The notes beneath the pieces are model-generated. The model did no database searches. It saw only the letters and a program-made list of their open reading frames with translations, and was not told the DNA's origin. A stretch of 64,000 nucleotides of DNA. It comes from Hydrolagus affinis (taxonomy: Eukaryota). Each line of letters starts with the position of its first letter. Positions within the stretch are counted from its first letter, which is position 1. Below are positions 51,114 through 63,507 of the stretch, piece after piece. Both the position numbers and the translations under genes were made by a program. The stretch spans positions 62,001 through 126,000 of the forward strand of contig JAAILG010000198.1 of the NCBI GenBank assembly GCA_012026655.1. The letters run 5' to 3'.

Positions 51114-51747
51114 TTTCCTGCAACCTGGCTGGTTGGCCATAGTGTGCAATTCATGATAGTTGATAGCCTCTATGGAGATATCCACAAGTTTGACCATCCC
51201 ACCCTCTTAAACAATGGGAAAAGAAAGAGTAAATGTTGATGGCATCCAATTCATGTTTTCTCTTGCAGACTTCTAGTTTAGGACGCATCAAAGTAAAACG
51301 GAATATAAGATGCTGGCACTGATTTAATGGAAACTTTGGCTAGTAAGATATTAAATTCTCAGTAGCTGGTGAGTTAGCTTAACATTTAATTTGGACTTTA
51401 GAGACCATTTTAAGATAAATTATTAATACTATATGGATCTAATGATTAAATAATTTTTAAAACGAAACCTAGGTCAGGCCACAGCAAGGACTATATGAAC
51501 CTGCATTTTATTATAATAATTACACATAAATATTATAATGTATTACAGTTTGAAGTGGGCAGTCATTTTCATGTCTATAGATATATAAATCATACTTCTG
51601 AGCATTACACATGCAACTTCAATAATTAATAGAATATTTGCAGAGTTTCTATGAGATATTGAAACTAACATTAAAAAAAACATTTTGCTCCTTACAGATA
51701 AAACGATAAACTAAGGCTCTGTCTACCTAGAAATATATACCAAATTA

Positions 51748-51820
51748 TGTGATGCGCCTTGATATGTCCACATCAACTTGAAAGGCGCTGTATCGAATGC
51801 AAGGTTTATTATTTATTTAT
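51748..51820 (+). mobile_element. SINE family A tail, degenerate
   Basis: tgtgatgcgccttgatatgtc..tgaaaggcgctgtatcgaatgcaaggtttatt. Confidence 0.6.
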
Positions 51821-52985
51821 TTTAAAAATTGCCTGAGGTAGTGAATACAATACCTTTTTTATTTTCCTCCTACCTCAGAAAAGGTAGATATAAATATATA
51901 CACACATATATATATTCATTTGAATTCTAGACAAATTAACAAATAAAACTTTTTTTGGTGGCTTTTTTTTGTTCTCCTTTAAATTCTCTTTGCCCTTGCA
52001 GCTGCAATTGTCCGACCAATTCATTGTATCACAGATGTATTCCACACATCAAGCACACAGAGGAGGAAAAAAAATACTGCTGTTCAAGTAAAGATGTGCA
52101 TGACCTATTTTTTCAATTTCAGTAATTAGGGAGGCATGGGGCCTCAAGGAATTATTCATGAATGTAGGAGCCCTGCTGTATACATTTATGTTAAACATGT
52201 CAAAGCCTATCGAAATCATGCCTGCCAGCACTATACACCATAAACACACTTCCATGACAACTTTTCTTTGCTTGCAGTCCATTAATACCATCTTTAATAG
52301 CTATTCCTCCCCTCCTCTCTCGCTTTCTCTCTCTCCTCTCTCCCCGACTCAAATCAGAAACGGTCCATTTCACTAATCGCACAACGTTAGGTGAGCAACT
52401 CCAACCTTTAGGCCATAGTTTTATAAATATTTTATTTTTAGTGCAAGGAGGAGGAGGAGGAGGATAGGGACAGCAATGATTAGAACACTTTGAGAGCCAG
52501 TTCATTGTGACAAACCCTCCACTATTAGTCCAGATAATCGATGGTCTCAGCCATTGCTTTTGCTGGTGTTATCTTTCATTTTCCTATCGTTCACTCATTT
52601 GTTTTCAGGCTCGGTTGTCTTCTCAGCATCTCTGATACCCGCTTACTCGGTAGGAGTGAACATTTTCTTTCATTTTTCTCTCCCTTTTGTATTCCGAGCG
52701 CTGCGGCTGGGTTTTAACGGAATTTTAAGACGGGGGGAAGATCTGGGTGCCTTTTAAAACATGGTTGTGAGAAAATAACGAATTTACTACTGAGGAAAGG
52801 ATGGAAGAGAAATATTTTCTCCTGCCGTTCCTGCCCTCAAACCCACCCCCACCACATACATCGCACCCCATTCACTGAGGAGGCCTGATTTAATATGATT
52901 TAGCTTTCCACAGCACCTAGGTCAGGAAGGAGGACGTCTCAAAGCGCTTGAAATGAATTGGCCTCTCATTTATATACAATCCTAT

Positions 52986-53071
52986 ACTTTACAGTATATT
53001 CCGTGAATTACTTTGAGATGTCTCGAAGAGGTGATATATATATATTAAATGCAAGGATCAGTGTGATTATT
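52986..53071 (+). mobile_element. SINE family A tail
   Basis: actttacagtatattccgtgaattactttgagatgtctc..aaatgcaaggat. Confidence 0.72.
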
Positions 53072-53117
53072 TACAGATACTTGGCTACTCAGATTTGAGT
53101 GAGACAATCATCTTACA

Positions 53118-53233
53118 ATAATATTAATCATCATCCTTACATTTGATATGGAGCCTTGTCACATGATTGAGACATCTCAAAGCACTTCACAGAATAGATT
53201 GTAAAGTGAATTGACTGCGTGTTCAGTGGGCGC
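53118..53233 (-). mobile_element. SINE family A 3' fragment
   Basis: atccttacatttgatatg..gagacatctcaaagcacttcacagaatagattgtaaagtgaattgactg. Confidence 0.78.
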
Positions 53234-53692
53234 AACTTTTAGACCAAAATCTTGGCTCGCTCACTCCCTTTCTCTCCCTCTCTTGCAAACGGCTCGCTCT
53301 GATATCTCCACGTACAGTGACTGTAGCCCATTGCGGTGTGAAAAGGGTTACACCCACCAACACGCATGGCTCCGGTCCACCAACTCTCCCAATCGTGACA
53401 ACTACAAGAACATGAGGAAAAACCATCATAAAACTCTCCTGAACAAGGCTGCAGTGTTTTTTCAATGTGCCAGGAAACTGTAGTACTTTGGGTTGGGTTG
53501 GGGGGGTTGGGGGGGGGAGGGTATTTCTATCCCACAGGAATTTTTATTTTCACTTCTTCAAACATAATTATACTAATTATAGGTTAGTTAATGGGCACTG
53601 TTCACATTTTCCACACTGATATGCCAAAAAATTTACATGATGCTCTGCACTTGTTAATTCAGCTGAAGGATGAAAACAAGGCACAACATAGT

Positions 53693-54012
53693 TATAATAA
53701 TAATGCTTGCATTTGATATAGTGCTTTTTCACATCTTATCGACGTCTCAAAGCGCTTCACAGAGTTTACCATAAAGTGAATTGACTGTATATTTGTGGGT
53801 GAAACGTGGCAGCCAATTACGAACAGCAGCGTCCCACAAACAGTCGTGGATTGAAAATGACCAATTTTTATTATTGTGTTTTTTTTGGACAGATTATTAT
53901 TAGCCGTGTGGAGTGAGGAAACTTGCCCGACTTTCTGATCTGCCTGGATTTGAACACAAGTCTCACACTTGTAAGGCGAATGCTCTAACCACTGAGCTAC
54001 AGGAGCTCCACA
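53693..54012 (-). mobile_element. Full-length SINE family A (best-preserved copy)
   Basis: Minus-strand head tgtggagctcctgtagctcagtggttagagcattcgccttacaag..tgttcaaatcc, followed by the centre and (ATT)n tail. Confidence 0.92.
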
Positions 54013-54999
54013 ATATATAATAATGATATATACAGTAAAAATATATAATGTACATATATACATATATATACTCACACACATGCTTTCTGTTGGTAACAAT
54101 TGGGTTCATTGACAATAACATTATCTAACAGGTGACCAGTGCAGTCATAGGATTATTGAGGCCATCTGCAAAGGAACATACAGAATCAAACAATATTTAC
54201 CACACAAAACTAGTTATTTGGTTCATTGTGACTCTGCCACCGACTCAAACCACCATGCCCCTGCACTCTACCTCCGATTATTTAGTATTTATTAAATATT
54301 TATTCAAATTCTGTTTAAAGGCTGTTGTTAATTCGCTTTCAACAACAACAAATTACATTTATAGAGCGCCTTTCAACTGCTATATTGGGGTAAAGTCATT
54401 TTCCATTTTCTATCAACCTTCTATGAAAACATAGGCCCTCTCACTCTCTTTCCCTCACACTTCCTCTTCGCAAAGATACAGGTGGAAATGTACAGGTCAA
54501 CAACAAGATACAAAAAAACATGGCAATGATTGAATGAAAGAGGCTGGGAGGACTCATGACTTGGTCGACTCCAGGTGGAAATAAATTTGCCACTTACTTT
54601 GACACTCTATTTGTATCGCACGTTTAAAAGACACTCCACAAATTACTGTGCCCCCTTTAAATTCATTTTGCCTTTTAAACGAATTGACTTCTCAATCCAC
54701 AGCTGGGACTGTGCATTAAATTCACAAGCTGGCTCCAAACCTCGTTTAACAGCAAGTCACTAAAGTAGTGGGATTGTTTAGCTCTATGTCTCAATATAAA
54801 TGTTTTTTTCCAAAAAAAATACATGTACAAAATTGCAGCAATAAAACATGTGCTTTGCTTGAAGTCCACACAGCAGGTCTCTAAGTGCAGCGTTGCTGCT
54901 ATAAACCAGCACTTTGGTTTCACTAATTCACTAAATAGAACGAAAAGAATGAAGGGATTCAGAGGTCACAACACCAAGGGTTACTTGGGGTCTGCAAGA

Positions 55000-55095
55000 T
55001 ACACAGTCAAAGTGCGGTAAAGTCCTGGGAAGCACTTTGAGACATCTTCCCAAAGTGAAATGGGCTGCGTCAAATGCTATTATTATTATTAATAC
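55000..55095 (+). mobile_element. SINE family A tail
   Basis: gaagcactttgagacatc..gtgaaatgggctgcgtcaaatgctattattattatt. Confidence 0.65.
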
Positions 55096-55307
55096 TGTAA
55101 CTTTAGGATTCTGCATTTTGTATGTAGTGAATCCGCAAGTTTTATACAGTATTATCTCCATATCTCCATGTCCAACTTATGTGTTGGGAGGGGGGGAGGG
55201 TAGAGAAGGGGAACAAGATTTTACTAAGGAAGGGGGACTGATAATACTGCTGGAAAAGGGAGTGCCCGTTTTATCAGGTTTTTAAGTCATGAGTGTAGAA
55301 ATGAAAA

Positions 55308-55372
55308 AACAACAGCAACAAAATTACATTCGTGGAGCGCCTTTCACATCGGGAGGACGTCCCAAGGCGCTC
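55308..55372 (-). mobile_element. L2-type tail fragment
   Basis: aacaacagcaacaaaattacatt..agcgcctttcacatcgggaggacgtcccaaggcgct. Confidence 0.6.
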
Positions 55373-56679
55373 CCAAAACCTCCACCATTCCCGGTTCATG
55401 TGTGAAAGGAAACATTAACAAAAGTTTTCCTTCCAAACATTCAATTGCACAGCTTGTAAAATCGGAATGAATGTTCACACCCGTGCCCTTGAGGCTTTCA
55501 GTGTAAGTGTACCCCATGTCTGTGCGGGGCAAGGTGGAATCTTGGCTGTTCAAAAAAAAATAGTGTAAAAAGTGCAAATCTAAGTCCGCATGTTCCGAGA
55601 GTATCGCGTGTGACAGACACTGCATGTGCGGAAGCTGTTTCCTGGTGTGGTCAAAACCTTGTTCAATTTGTGTGAATCCTGCATGCTTTACCCGTTGCAC
55701 TGTATACTCTATAAAATAACAGCATGATTACAGGCTGTAACACAATCTTAAAGAGTGCAGTTCATGCCTTCATCTTAACCGCTTAATTTTGTTACAGCTT
55801 TGTAATGCAGTCGACCCAGCTGTTACTGAATATAATCCTATGTTACAACACCTGTACATAATTGCAAATACATTTGTACTCACGGTGATTTTTTTTTCTT
55901 TTTTTTAAGATGCCTCAAATTTAAAAAAAATGCCCCATCTCAGAGGCAGCGGTGGACCAGAGATTCCGCGGCTAACTTCAGATATCTTTTCACAGGACAA
56001 TGGAATACGCAGATAGGCTAATATTATTCATGAGTCGCAGAGGAGGTAATCATGTGGAATATGAGGGACAGAAATTCAGAGGTAGCCGGGCTAAAAATAT
56101 TAATAGCAAAAAAATGTTATTTCTTCAACAATGTGAAATACGAAAAGGACCATCAAGACCTTTGTTAAGTTGCGCTCTGGAGTAAATGGAATTAAAGTAG
56201 AAGCCATGTTGAATCCTTCAGCAGATTGCTCTATGGAAGATAATAACACGCAGGTGAAAAAAAGCTATCTCTGAGTTTGTGTTGTTTAGTTTGATTCTTA
56301 GTAACTCTCACTAATCTTTAAATGCTCACAAAACTTCATAAATCATTTCATTAAAGCAATGTATCATATTAATAAGGTTTTATGCATTTTCTATCGTCTG
56401 ATAAAGCAATTTTCATCTGAAAGGATTGCTGTGCAATCACAAAGCATTTCGTGTGAAAAACTAGTTATTATGGAAATTGTGTTATCAGAGAATAATTTTT
56501 CGCAATGCAAAAAAATGAGCCCAAGACACAAGTGAAAATTTAATAGAAGCTTGGCATTGGAGTAAGCAACTAAATTATGGAGAATGCTATGGTGATATTT
56601 TAGATCAATTTCAGGAAAATTATTTTTATAAATTGACTGGCATTATGAATGGAAACTGGCGTCCACAAAAATACCTTTA

Positions 56680-56936
56680 GCCCGCTCTAGAATTGCATCT
56701 TGGACTCCATCCGACTTGCTTCCCTCCTGCCTCTCTTCTAAGGCATGTCTCAAAACGTGCCTCTCTTTGACCCCAGTTTCAGTCATCTTTCCTCTTCCCC
56801 CTCATTCCCCACTCCCCCCCCAAACCTCCCCCACCCACTCTGTCCGCTCCCACCCCCAGCTAGGTTGCCAATTCAGCACTGTAAAGCACTTTGAGACGTA
56901 CTCCTGACATGAAAGGCGCTTTATAAATGTAAATTG
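56680..56936 (+). mobile_element. L2-type LINE 3' end
   Basis: ctcttctaaggcatgtctcaaaacgtgcctctctttgac, a C-rich UTR, and tail gtaaagcactttgagacgt..catgaaaggcgctttataaatgtaa. Confidence 0.65.
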
Positions 56937-57997
56937 GATTGCATCCCAAATACTAGTGTTTCCAGCCCCGGTGACCATGATGATATTTAAGCTATATTTT
57001 TCCCTCTTCCATAATACAGAGATGCTTTCTGATTGAAAGATTCCAATAGCTGCAAGTGTTATTGAATAAAGACTGCGTGATTATCACGTTTAAAAAGAGT
57101 AATAGTTTATATGCACCCTCTTTAAATATGATGAATATTTAAATGTTTCATGAATAACTGATGATTTTAATTAATGTGGTTGCTTTCCTATGCTTTCTGA
57201 CGTTGCTGGACTGTGCCTATCTGTCATTGTTAGACTGCAACTGGCCCTGATGTCTTTTCAGGTGATATTATACGGCCCCGAGGGTGATAATTTACACCAG
57301 TCAATATGAAAGCAGCAATAAAATACACGTGAATGTGTCTTTATGTTACAGCACTCAATTCATTCACATCCAAGTCTTGGCTTCTTCTCCACTTGAGTGA
57401 GATGGTCAAACTATTTTCTTTCAGACAAAGCTGCAGGTTAGCAGTTTATATTTATAGCACAGGCTTAATTAAAGTTGCAGTACATGTGCCTTTACTAGGT
57501 CTGTTAAGAGATCTACGTTGATCAGACAGACCCACTGGTGACAATTACCTACACACTGAAGATAATCTGATAGGAAACTAAGCAAAATGAGCATGGTCTC
57601 GGTCGTCAACTCTCAGAGCTGGATACGTATGAACTGGGAGGGCAACAGAAATCCAGACCCTCTTCAATATCTGAGGAGCAGCTCCATGTTGATCAAGCCA
57701 TTGATCTTAAGAGAGCAGGAGCTCTGTGTGTAAAAGGGAAAATCCAAAATGCTGGCTTCAAGACTCCCAACCAGAGGAAACATCAGAACGAGGCTCCATG
57801 CATCCAAGTTTAGATTTTGCCTGGTATTAATGCTTGCAAACTCTTTATTGATCACTTTGCCATAAAAGAGGCAAGAAACCAATTAATCCAATGGGTTGGC
57901 AAAGCTGAAATGCCAGTTGCTCACTACTGGAGGACCCGTTGGAAGTAAACTCAAGCCACTGAGAAACAGAAAGGAACCATCACACCTATTGTCTTAC

Positions 57998-58105
57998 CTG
58001 TTTCTTTGTTGGGCTCCTTCTCGCCTCCATTGTCCTTGTCTTTGGTAGAATCTTCTGTTTCCTGGTTAGACTCAGTTGGCCCCTCCACATCTTCGCTGGC
58101 TTCCT
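57998..58105 (-). CDS. ZFHX3: ZFHX3 internal coding exon, 108 nt, phase 1-1 (E-EASEDVEGPTESNQETEDSTKDKDNGGEKEPNKET)
   Basis: Acceptor ttggtttctacaaaacag|AGGAAG and donor ACAG|gtaaga. EDVEGP matches the ZFHX3 acidic linker and the phase fits the next exon. Confidence 0.85.
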
Positions 58106-58191
58106 CTGTTTTGTAGAAACCAAAGCAAGTGTAGGTTAAAGAATTTTTTTTTAGAAAATGATACGCCTTTAAAACCAGCCAGGGAAAAGGA

Positions 58192-58272
58192 AATAATAAT
58201 TTTAAAAAACCTTGCATTTGATATATATAGCATCTTATCACGTCTTCGAGAGGTTTCAAAGTGCTTCAGAGA
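58192..58272 (-). mobile_element. SINE family A tail
   Basis: ccttgcatttgatatatatagcatcttatcacgtcttcgagaggtttcaaagtgcttcaga. Confidence 0.72.
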
Positions 58273-58469
58273 ATGAAATGCCTCCGTTACGCTAAGTGTT
58301 GTTCTGAGATGTGACAGATTATTGGGGCAGCAGTTTTTTCGATTGGGGGAAACTGATCACCCACAAAGTACTTACCTATCTTTCTATTCAGATGCCAATA
58401 ACCCCATTCCACCCACTCTGCCCCAGTTTATTTCCCCAAGAGCCTGGTTTTATTTCAGATTCCCAGCAA

Positions 58470-58536
58470 TTAAGCGTTTTGAGATGTCCAGGAGATGTGA
58501 AAAGCGCTATATCAAATGCAAGGATTATTATTATTA
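58470..58536 (+). mobile_element. SINE family A tail
   Basis: aagcgttttgagatgtccaggagatgtgaaaagcgctatatcaaatgcaaggattattatt. Confidence 0.8.
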
Positions 58537-59789
58537 CAGTAATAATCATTTTGCAGGAACTCTTTTCTTTTGCTCAGCCTGACACGTGGCAAAATCCCAT
58601 CACCTTGTTCGAAGAGTATCCAAACTGGACAAAGACTTTCAAATATGTATGCCACCAAACACATGGAAATTTGTGCCTGGATTTGAACACTCCCTCCGTC
58701 GCTCCCTCTCTGATTTGCTTTCTAAGCTCCACTTTTGACAGGAGATTGGCCCAGGAACAATTGAGTGCCTTCACTGGATTTTTACCAGGTCACAGAGGCC
58801 AGCAATGAAAGGGAAGCTTTTGCGGAGGGCTTGTTTGGAAGGAGCCTAAAATGAAGTTTGCGATCTAAATCTGTTTTGCAAAATCTTTGCGTGCGAAGTT
58901 GGCAGACTGGATACACACAGTGGCGTACATTTCCACGTATTGACCTATAGGTGTCACCCTCAGCAAACAGACATACTGTACAAAGTTAACCTGTTTCCAC
59001 AGATTCCTCCCCTTCCCTAACCTGCGCACATTCTAATCACTCCTCAGCGTGCTGTCTGGCTTCGCCTGCATGGATATGCAGCATGACAAAAACAAACTGC
59101 TTTAGACCTGAAAATCTTAACAGCACCTTTATTTTCCCCCCGTACTGTAGTGTTTGGGTTGGAGCAATGAATCGCTTTACAATCTCTTGTTTCGCAAATG
59201 TGGAATCCCAGTTTCTGCAGCGCCTTTCAGATCCACATCCCGATGGAATCCATCAAACAGAAGATATTTTGGCACCTCTCGCTCCACCGCGCGGCGGCGA
59301 TTTTTAAACACGGTTTTCGGATCTCGCAGAGAGCAATACCACTGCAACGTTTGGACTCTCGCTCGCAATCCAAAACGACGCAAAAAATGTGCCAATTTTA
59401 TGAAAAAGAATAAAGAGACTCGAACGTTTTCGAAACAAGCATCGCAGGAAGTTTTGCTTTAAAGAAAAACAAACGTGAAACACAAACACTGCATGAAGCA
59501 ACTCAGAAAGGTCAACGGTGGCTTTAGCACCCACATTTCATCTTTATTTCCGGCCAGTAATATATTTCCACGGCGGAAGCCCTCCCCGCAGAGCTCCCCC
59601 CCCCCCACACACACCCACCCCACATAGTCACACACTTAACCTCCCACACATCAAGCCACGACTCACACCTCGATCTGATTAAATTCCACCACAAACTGAA
59701 CGAACAAACTCCCCTTTGTAAAGAGAACCTAAAATTTTAATAGCTGTACTTTATTTTACCTACATTTTATATTAAGAATCTCTGGGTTT

Positions 59790-60047
59790 TTTTTGATGTA
59801 GCACCCAATCGCATCTTCGAGACTTCTCATAGTGCTTCACTGAATAATAATCCTTGCACTTGCTATAGCGCTCTTCAAGTCTTCTAGGCGTCTCATAGCG
59901 CTTCACAGAATATACTGCCTCAGAATATACTTTACATGATATACAGTATTTACTGTATATTTGTGGGCGAAACGCAGCAGCCAATTGCACGCCAGCAGTG
60001 TCCCTCAAACAGTTGTGGATCGAAATGACCAATTAATTGTTGTTTTT
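59790..60047 (-). mobile_element. SINE family A, 5'-truncated, with an adjacent extra tail fragment
   Basis: aataataatccttgcacttgctatagcgc..tgtgggcgaaacgcagcagccaattgcacgccagcagtgtccctcaaacag. A second partial tail lies at ~59790-59842. Confidence 0.82.
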
Positions 60048-60775
60048 TAACTGTACAATATACTGTACAACAACAACATCTTGCACATATGCAGCGCCCT
60101 CCATCCCTGGTAGCGTCTCAGAGAGCATAATAGTGGCGGAGCCTGATTCCTAGCGTTGGGGGAAGATGTCGATTGAGGGATTGGTGGGGGAGGATGGGGT
60201 TCTGTCAATTCACTGTAAATTATATATTGTGGGTGTGTATATATATATATTATATATATAAATCATACAAAGCTTCCAATCTTCAATGGTGTGGCTTGCC
60301 CTGTTTGGTGATTGTGCCTTTATAGTAAAGGGGGGGGGGGGGGAGAGTTTCCCTGCTGCATTTAACAATATCCCAGTATTTAAAAAAATATATAAAGCCT
60401 CCGCTGATTATTGAAGTGACATTCCTTGCGCCTTTTTAGATTGTAACAAAATGAGAAACGACATGCACAACTGGCAGAAGTACGCTCAGAGAGGGCGAGT
60501 GCCAGCCTCCACGCTGTGAGTCTTTCATGCATAGTCCAGGGGCTTTTTTTTGTTGTGGATCCTGAGCTCCAGTCGTCGTCCTCCTCCTCCTCCTCCTCCT
60601 CCACACATCATTCCCTGACTGGTGCAGCACGACTACAGTTTGTGGCAGAGGCTATGACGCTCTCTCACTCTCGGTCTCTCTTTCTCTTTGGACGTATCTA
60701 GCCTGCGGACCCTCGCAAACTTTTTATTTCCCATGTCCCCAAAACATTAAAATGCGAAGGAGAATTACGAAATCG

Positions 60776-60835
60776 GGAGAGAGAAATAGAGAGAGAGCGA
60801 GAGTGAGGGAGGGAGGGAGAGAGAGGGAGACGAGA
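60776..60835. repeat. GA-rich low-complexity tract
   Basis: gggagagagaaatagagagagagcgagagtgagggagggagggagagagagggaga. Confidence 0.8.
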
Positions 60836-61973
60836 CCGAAGAAACAAACCAAACGCACTCTCTTAAGGTAGCAGTCGGAATTTATGCTTGCTCTTAAAAG
60901 CAATGTTCATTTTTATTTCCCTGAGTTGCATCTTTCTGGACTGATCTTAGTGTGTGTTTCAATTCAAAGTAAGAATCCCAGACATGCCTCTCCTTACATC
61001 ATTACTAAGTCTGACCTTAGACTGACCCTTGGAGCTGTTAGACTAATCTAAATGTGAATGAGCATTTTGTGCCAATGCTATGAAGGGGCTGAATCCAGCA
61101 CACAGCAAAAACTTTAACACGTCAAGTTAATCACAAACAGCAGTGACTGGGGCCCTCAAACAATGACAATCCTCCACTTCCCAAAGAATGAAACAATTCC
61201 TTCAATGCTTTAATGTATGTCCTTATTAAGGACAATATGCAAAGTCAGGTCAGGTCGGGTCGGGTTGGCTGATTGAGATTTTTGCTCATTAGGGTCTCCA
61301 GCTGTTCAGCGAGAAAGGAAAGTAAGTATTCTTGAGGTACCTCACCAAGCGCAAGATCTGAGGAAGGCAGTGCAGCTGCTGAAATCCTGACACAGATAAT
61401 CTAATCTGTGTAAACACCCCAGTCAGATGGTTGCACAGACTTACTGTACACTATAGTGACTCTGGATGACCCAACATTGTTTCAATTAAAACGCTTTTAT
61501 ATATCTGCCGGTATTTCACAGTGAGGATTTTGATTGCCTCTTCCATCAGTTTTATGTACGTGGTCTCAGGGCTGCAGAGCAAGGCTGGATGGAGAAAAGA
61601 ATGCAGTGAGTACTGCATTATACATTGGGTGGGGGGGGTGGGGTGGGGGACGACGACGACGACAACAGTGGTCAGAGAAGTACATTACACAGGGGTGGGC
61701 TTTGTCAAGCAAACAATATATTATTGGTGGTGCGGATGTGGAGAGACTGCAAGGCTTGAAAACTCTCCTGTGGGTAAACTGCGGGCTCGATAAGGGCATT
61801 TTATAAACTCACGCCTACTTCAGAGGTGAACTTGCTGGGTCAAGAGGCAACGTTTAAACCAGCTAGCAATCGGCAACTGCATCTGGTTGTCAACAGCCTT
61901 ATTTTTTTTGTCGAACGGCCCCCTTGCGCATTCAGCGTCCGTTATGTGGCTCACACATTTTGGTGTGAGGATA

Positions 61974-62098
61974 CTAATAATATTAATAATAATAATGCCT
62001 GCATTTGATGCAGCGCCCTTTTCACGTTTTCAAGACGTCTCAAAGCAATTCACAGGACGCACTGTGAAGTGAACTGACTGCATGTTTTGTGGGCGAAA
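61974..62098 (-). mobile_element. SINE family A 3' fragment
   Basis: aataataataatgcctgcatttgatgcagcgcc..gacgtctcaaagc..actgtgaagtgaactgactg..tgtgggcgaaa. Confidence 0.78.
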
Positions 62099-63057
62099 TT
62101 ATCTGCAAACATGATCCAGTTCATTGGAACGAGTTAAAGAGACCACACTGTGGTGTTGCACACTGGAGCTGTGAGGTTATGGGACACGATTCCTGCAGTA
62201 GATTCCTTCACCATCTGATCCTCGGCTCAGCTGCCAGAGGGAGATGTTAACCAGAGGCCAAGTTCTTTGCTTCGAGAGAGAGGGAGGGGAGGGAAACACA
62301 GTCAGCACAGCTAGCCTGCTCCAAGCGTCTAACAGCGTCAATAAGTCACCTGCCTAACACCTGAGGCACAATAAGTGAGAGGTCAAAAGAGAACGCAAAG
62401 TAATTCACACCCAAACTAAAAAAAAAGCTTTAAAAATAATTAAACAAACGGCAAAATCTGAGAACTGGACACGCTACAAAGTGGACAAACTGTAAATTAT
62501 TACGGGTGACCGTTGTTGTAGTAGTGACATATCAACTCTTCTCACTCTGCAGAGAAAAAGTCTCGTCACACTAAGCTGCACACCTCACAATCAAACAGTC
62601 CCTCACAGAAGAGAATGGGTTTGTCTTTCAACGGATCGCTTTAATGTTCTTCGTTGTGGAGTTAAAGATACGAGCAAGAAAATATATACAAAAAGTCAAA
62701 AGTTTTCATCGTTGACTTGGGCAATTTTGTTTACACGAACTTGCTCAAGCTCAAGGCTGTTTCATCGCGGGAGTCAATAATCACGCCTTCAGCACTGATT
62801 CACAGATAACACCCCCATTCAGTTTTTCAAGAAAAGGCCTTTATGACTAAATTAATTTGACGCGCTGGGAAAGTCTTGGAACACGATATGGTGTACGTAT
62901 TTGGAGGTAGGGATTTCATTTCCACCAAGCGGTCTGACTTGTGTGTTTTGGTCAGTTAGGTGTCTGCTACATGCAGAGACCTATCACCATGATTAAGGAT
63001 ACCCAAACCAAGCAGAGAAATCCCTCATCTGATACGAGGGAATATTCAGTGGATGGA

Positions 63058-63081
63058 ATATATATATATATATATATATAT
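63058..63081. repeat. (TA)n microsatellite
   Basis: atatatatatatatatatatatat. Confidence 0.9.
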
Positions 63082-63394
63082 TGGAATATGATTGATGTAA
63101 GTTGAATTCCAATTGCACTGTTTTACCAGCTTTGCTGCGCAACTTTTCAAATAACGTTAAAAAAAAATGCTATTTGAACAGTACCCAAGTCATTCACAGA
63201 TCAAACTGTGTGTTTCAGTGAGACAAAAGACCTAATGCATCATTGGAATAAAAAGGAGCATAAAACTGGGTTTGAATCTTTTTTTTAGGGGGGTGGCAGA
63301 GAAGAGTTTTCATCTGTGAGGAGTGAATGTTGACTGGAATAGATTTTGAATCCAGTGCCATTTGATATACATTTAAATAATCACCCATAAAATA

Positions 63395-63507
63395 TATAGT
63401 CAATTCATTTTAAGATATATTCTGTGAAGCGCCCAGAGACATCTCGGAGACATGATAAGGCTCCATATCAAATGCGAGGATATAAAAAATTATTTATTAT
63501 TATTATT
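63395..63507 (+). mobile_element. SINE family A 3' fragment
   Basis: agtcaattcattttaagatatattctgtgaagcgcccagagacatc..atatcaaatgcgagga..ttattattatt. Confidence 0.75.

Noticed and set aside
53935-54012. tRNA-like sequences here and at 6856, 42135, 49020 and 2353
   Set aside because: These are SINE heads continuous with SINE bodies, without an intact acceptor stem, so they are not tRNA genes.
17524-58105. ZFHX4 or ZFHX2 as alternative identity
   Set aside because: The terminal [19 protein letters not shown], VTTPEMxMPSSMFLP and EDVEGP segments fit ZFHX3 as I recall it. A phylogeny would be definitive.
60380-60604. ORF beginning MEEEEEEEDDD as a possible extra acidic exon
   Set aside because: It arises from a (TCC)n(TCG)n repeat, starts at GTG, has no suitable donor and does not resemble ZFHX3 sequence.
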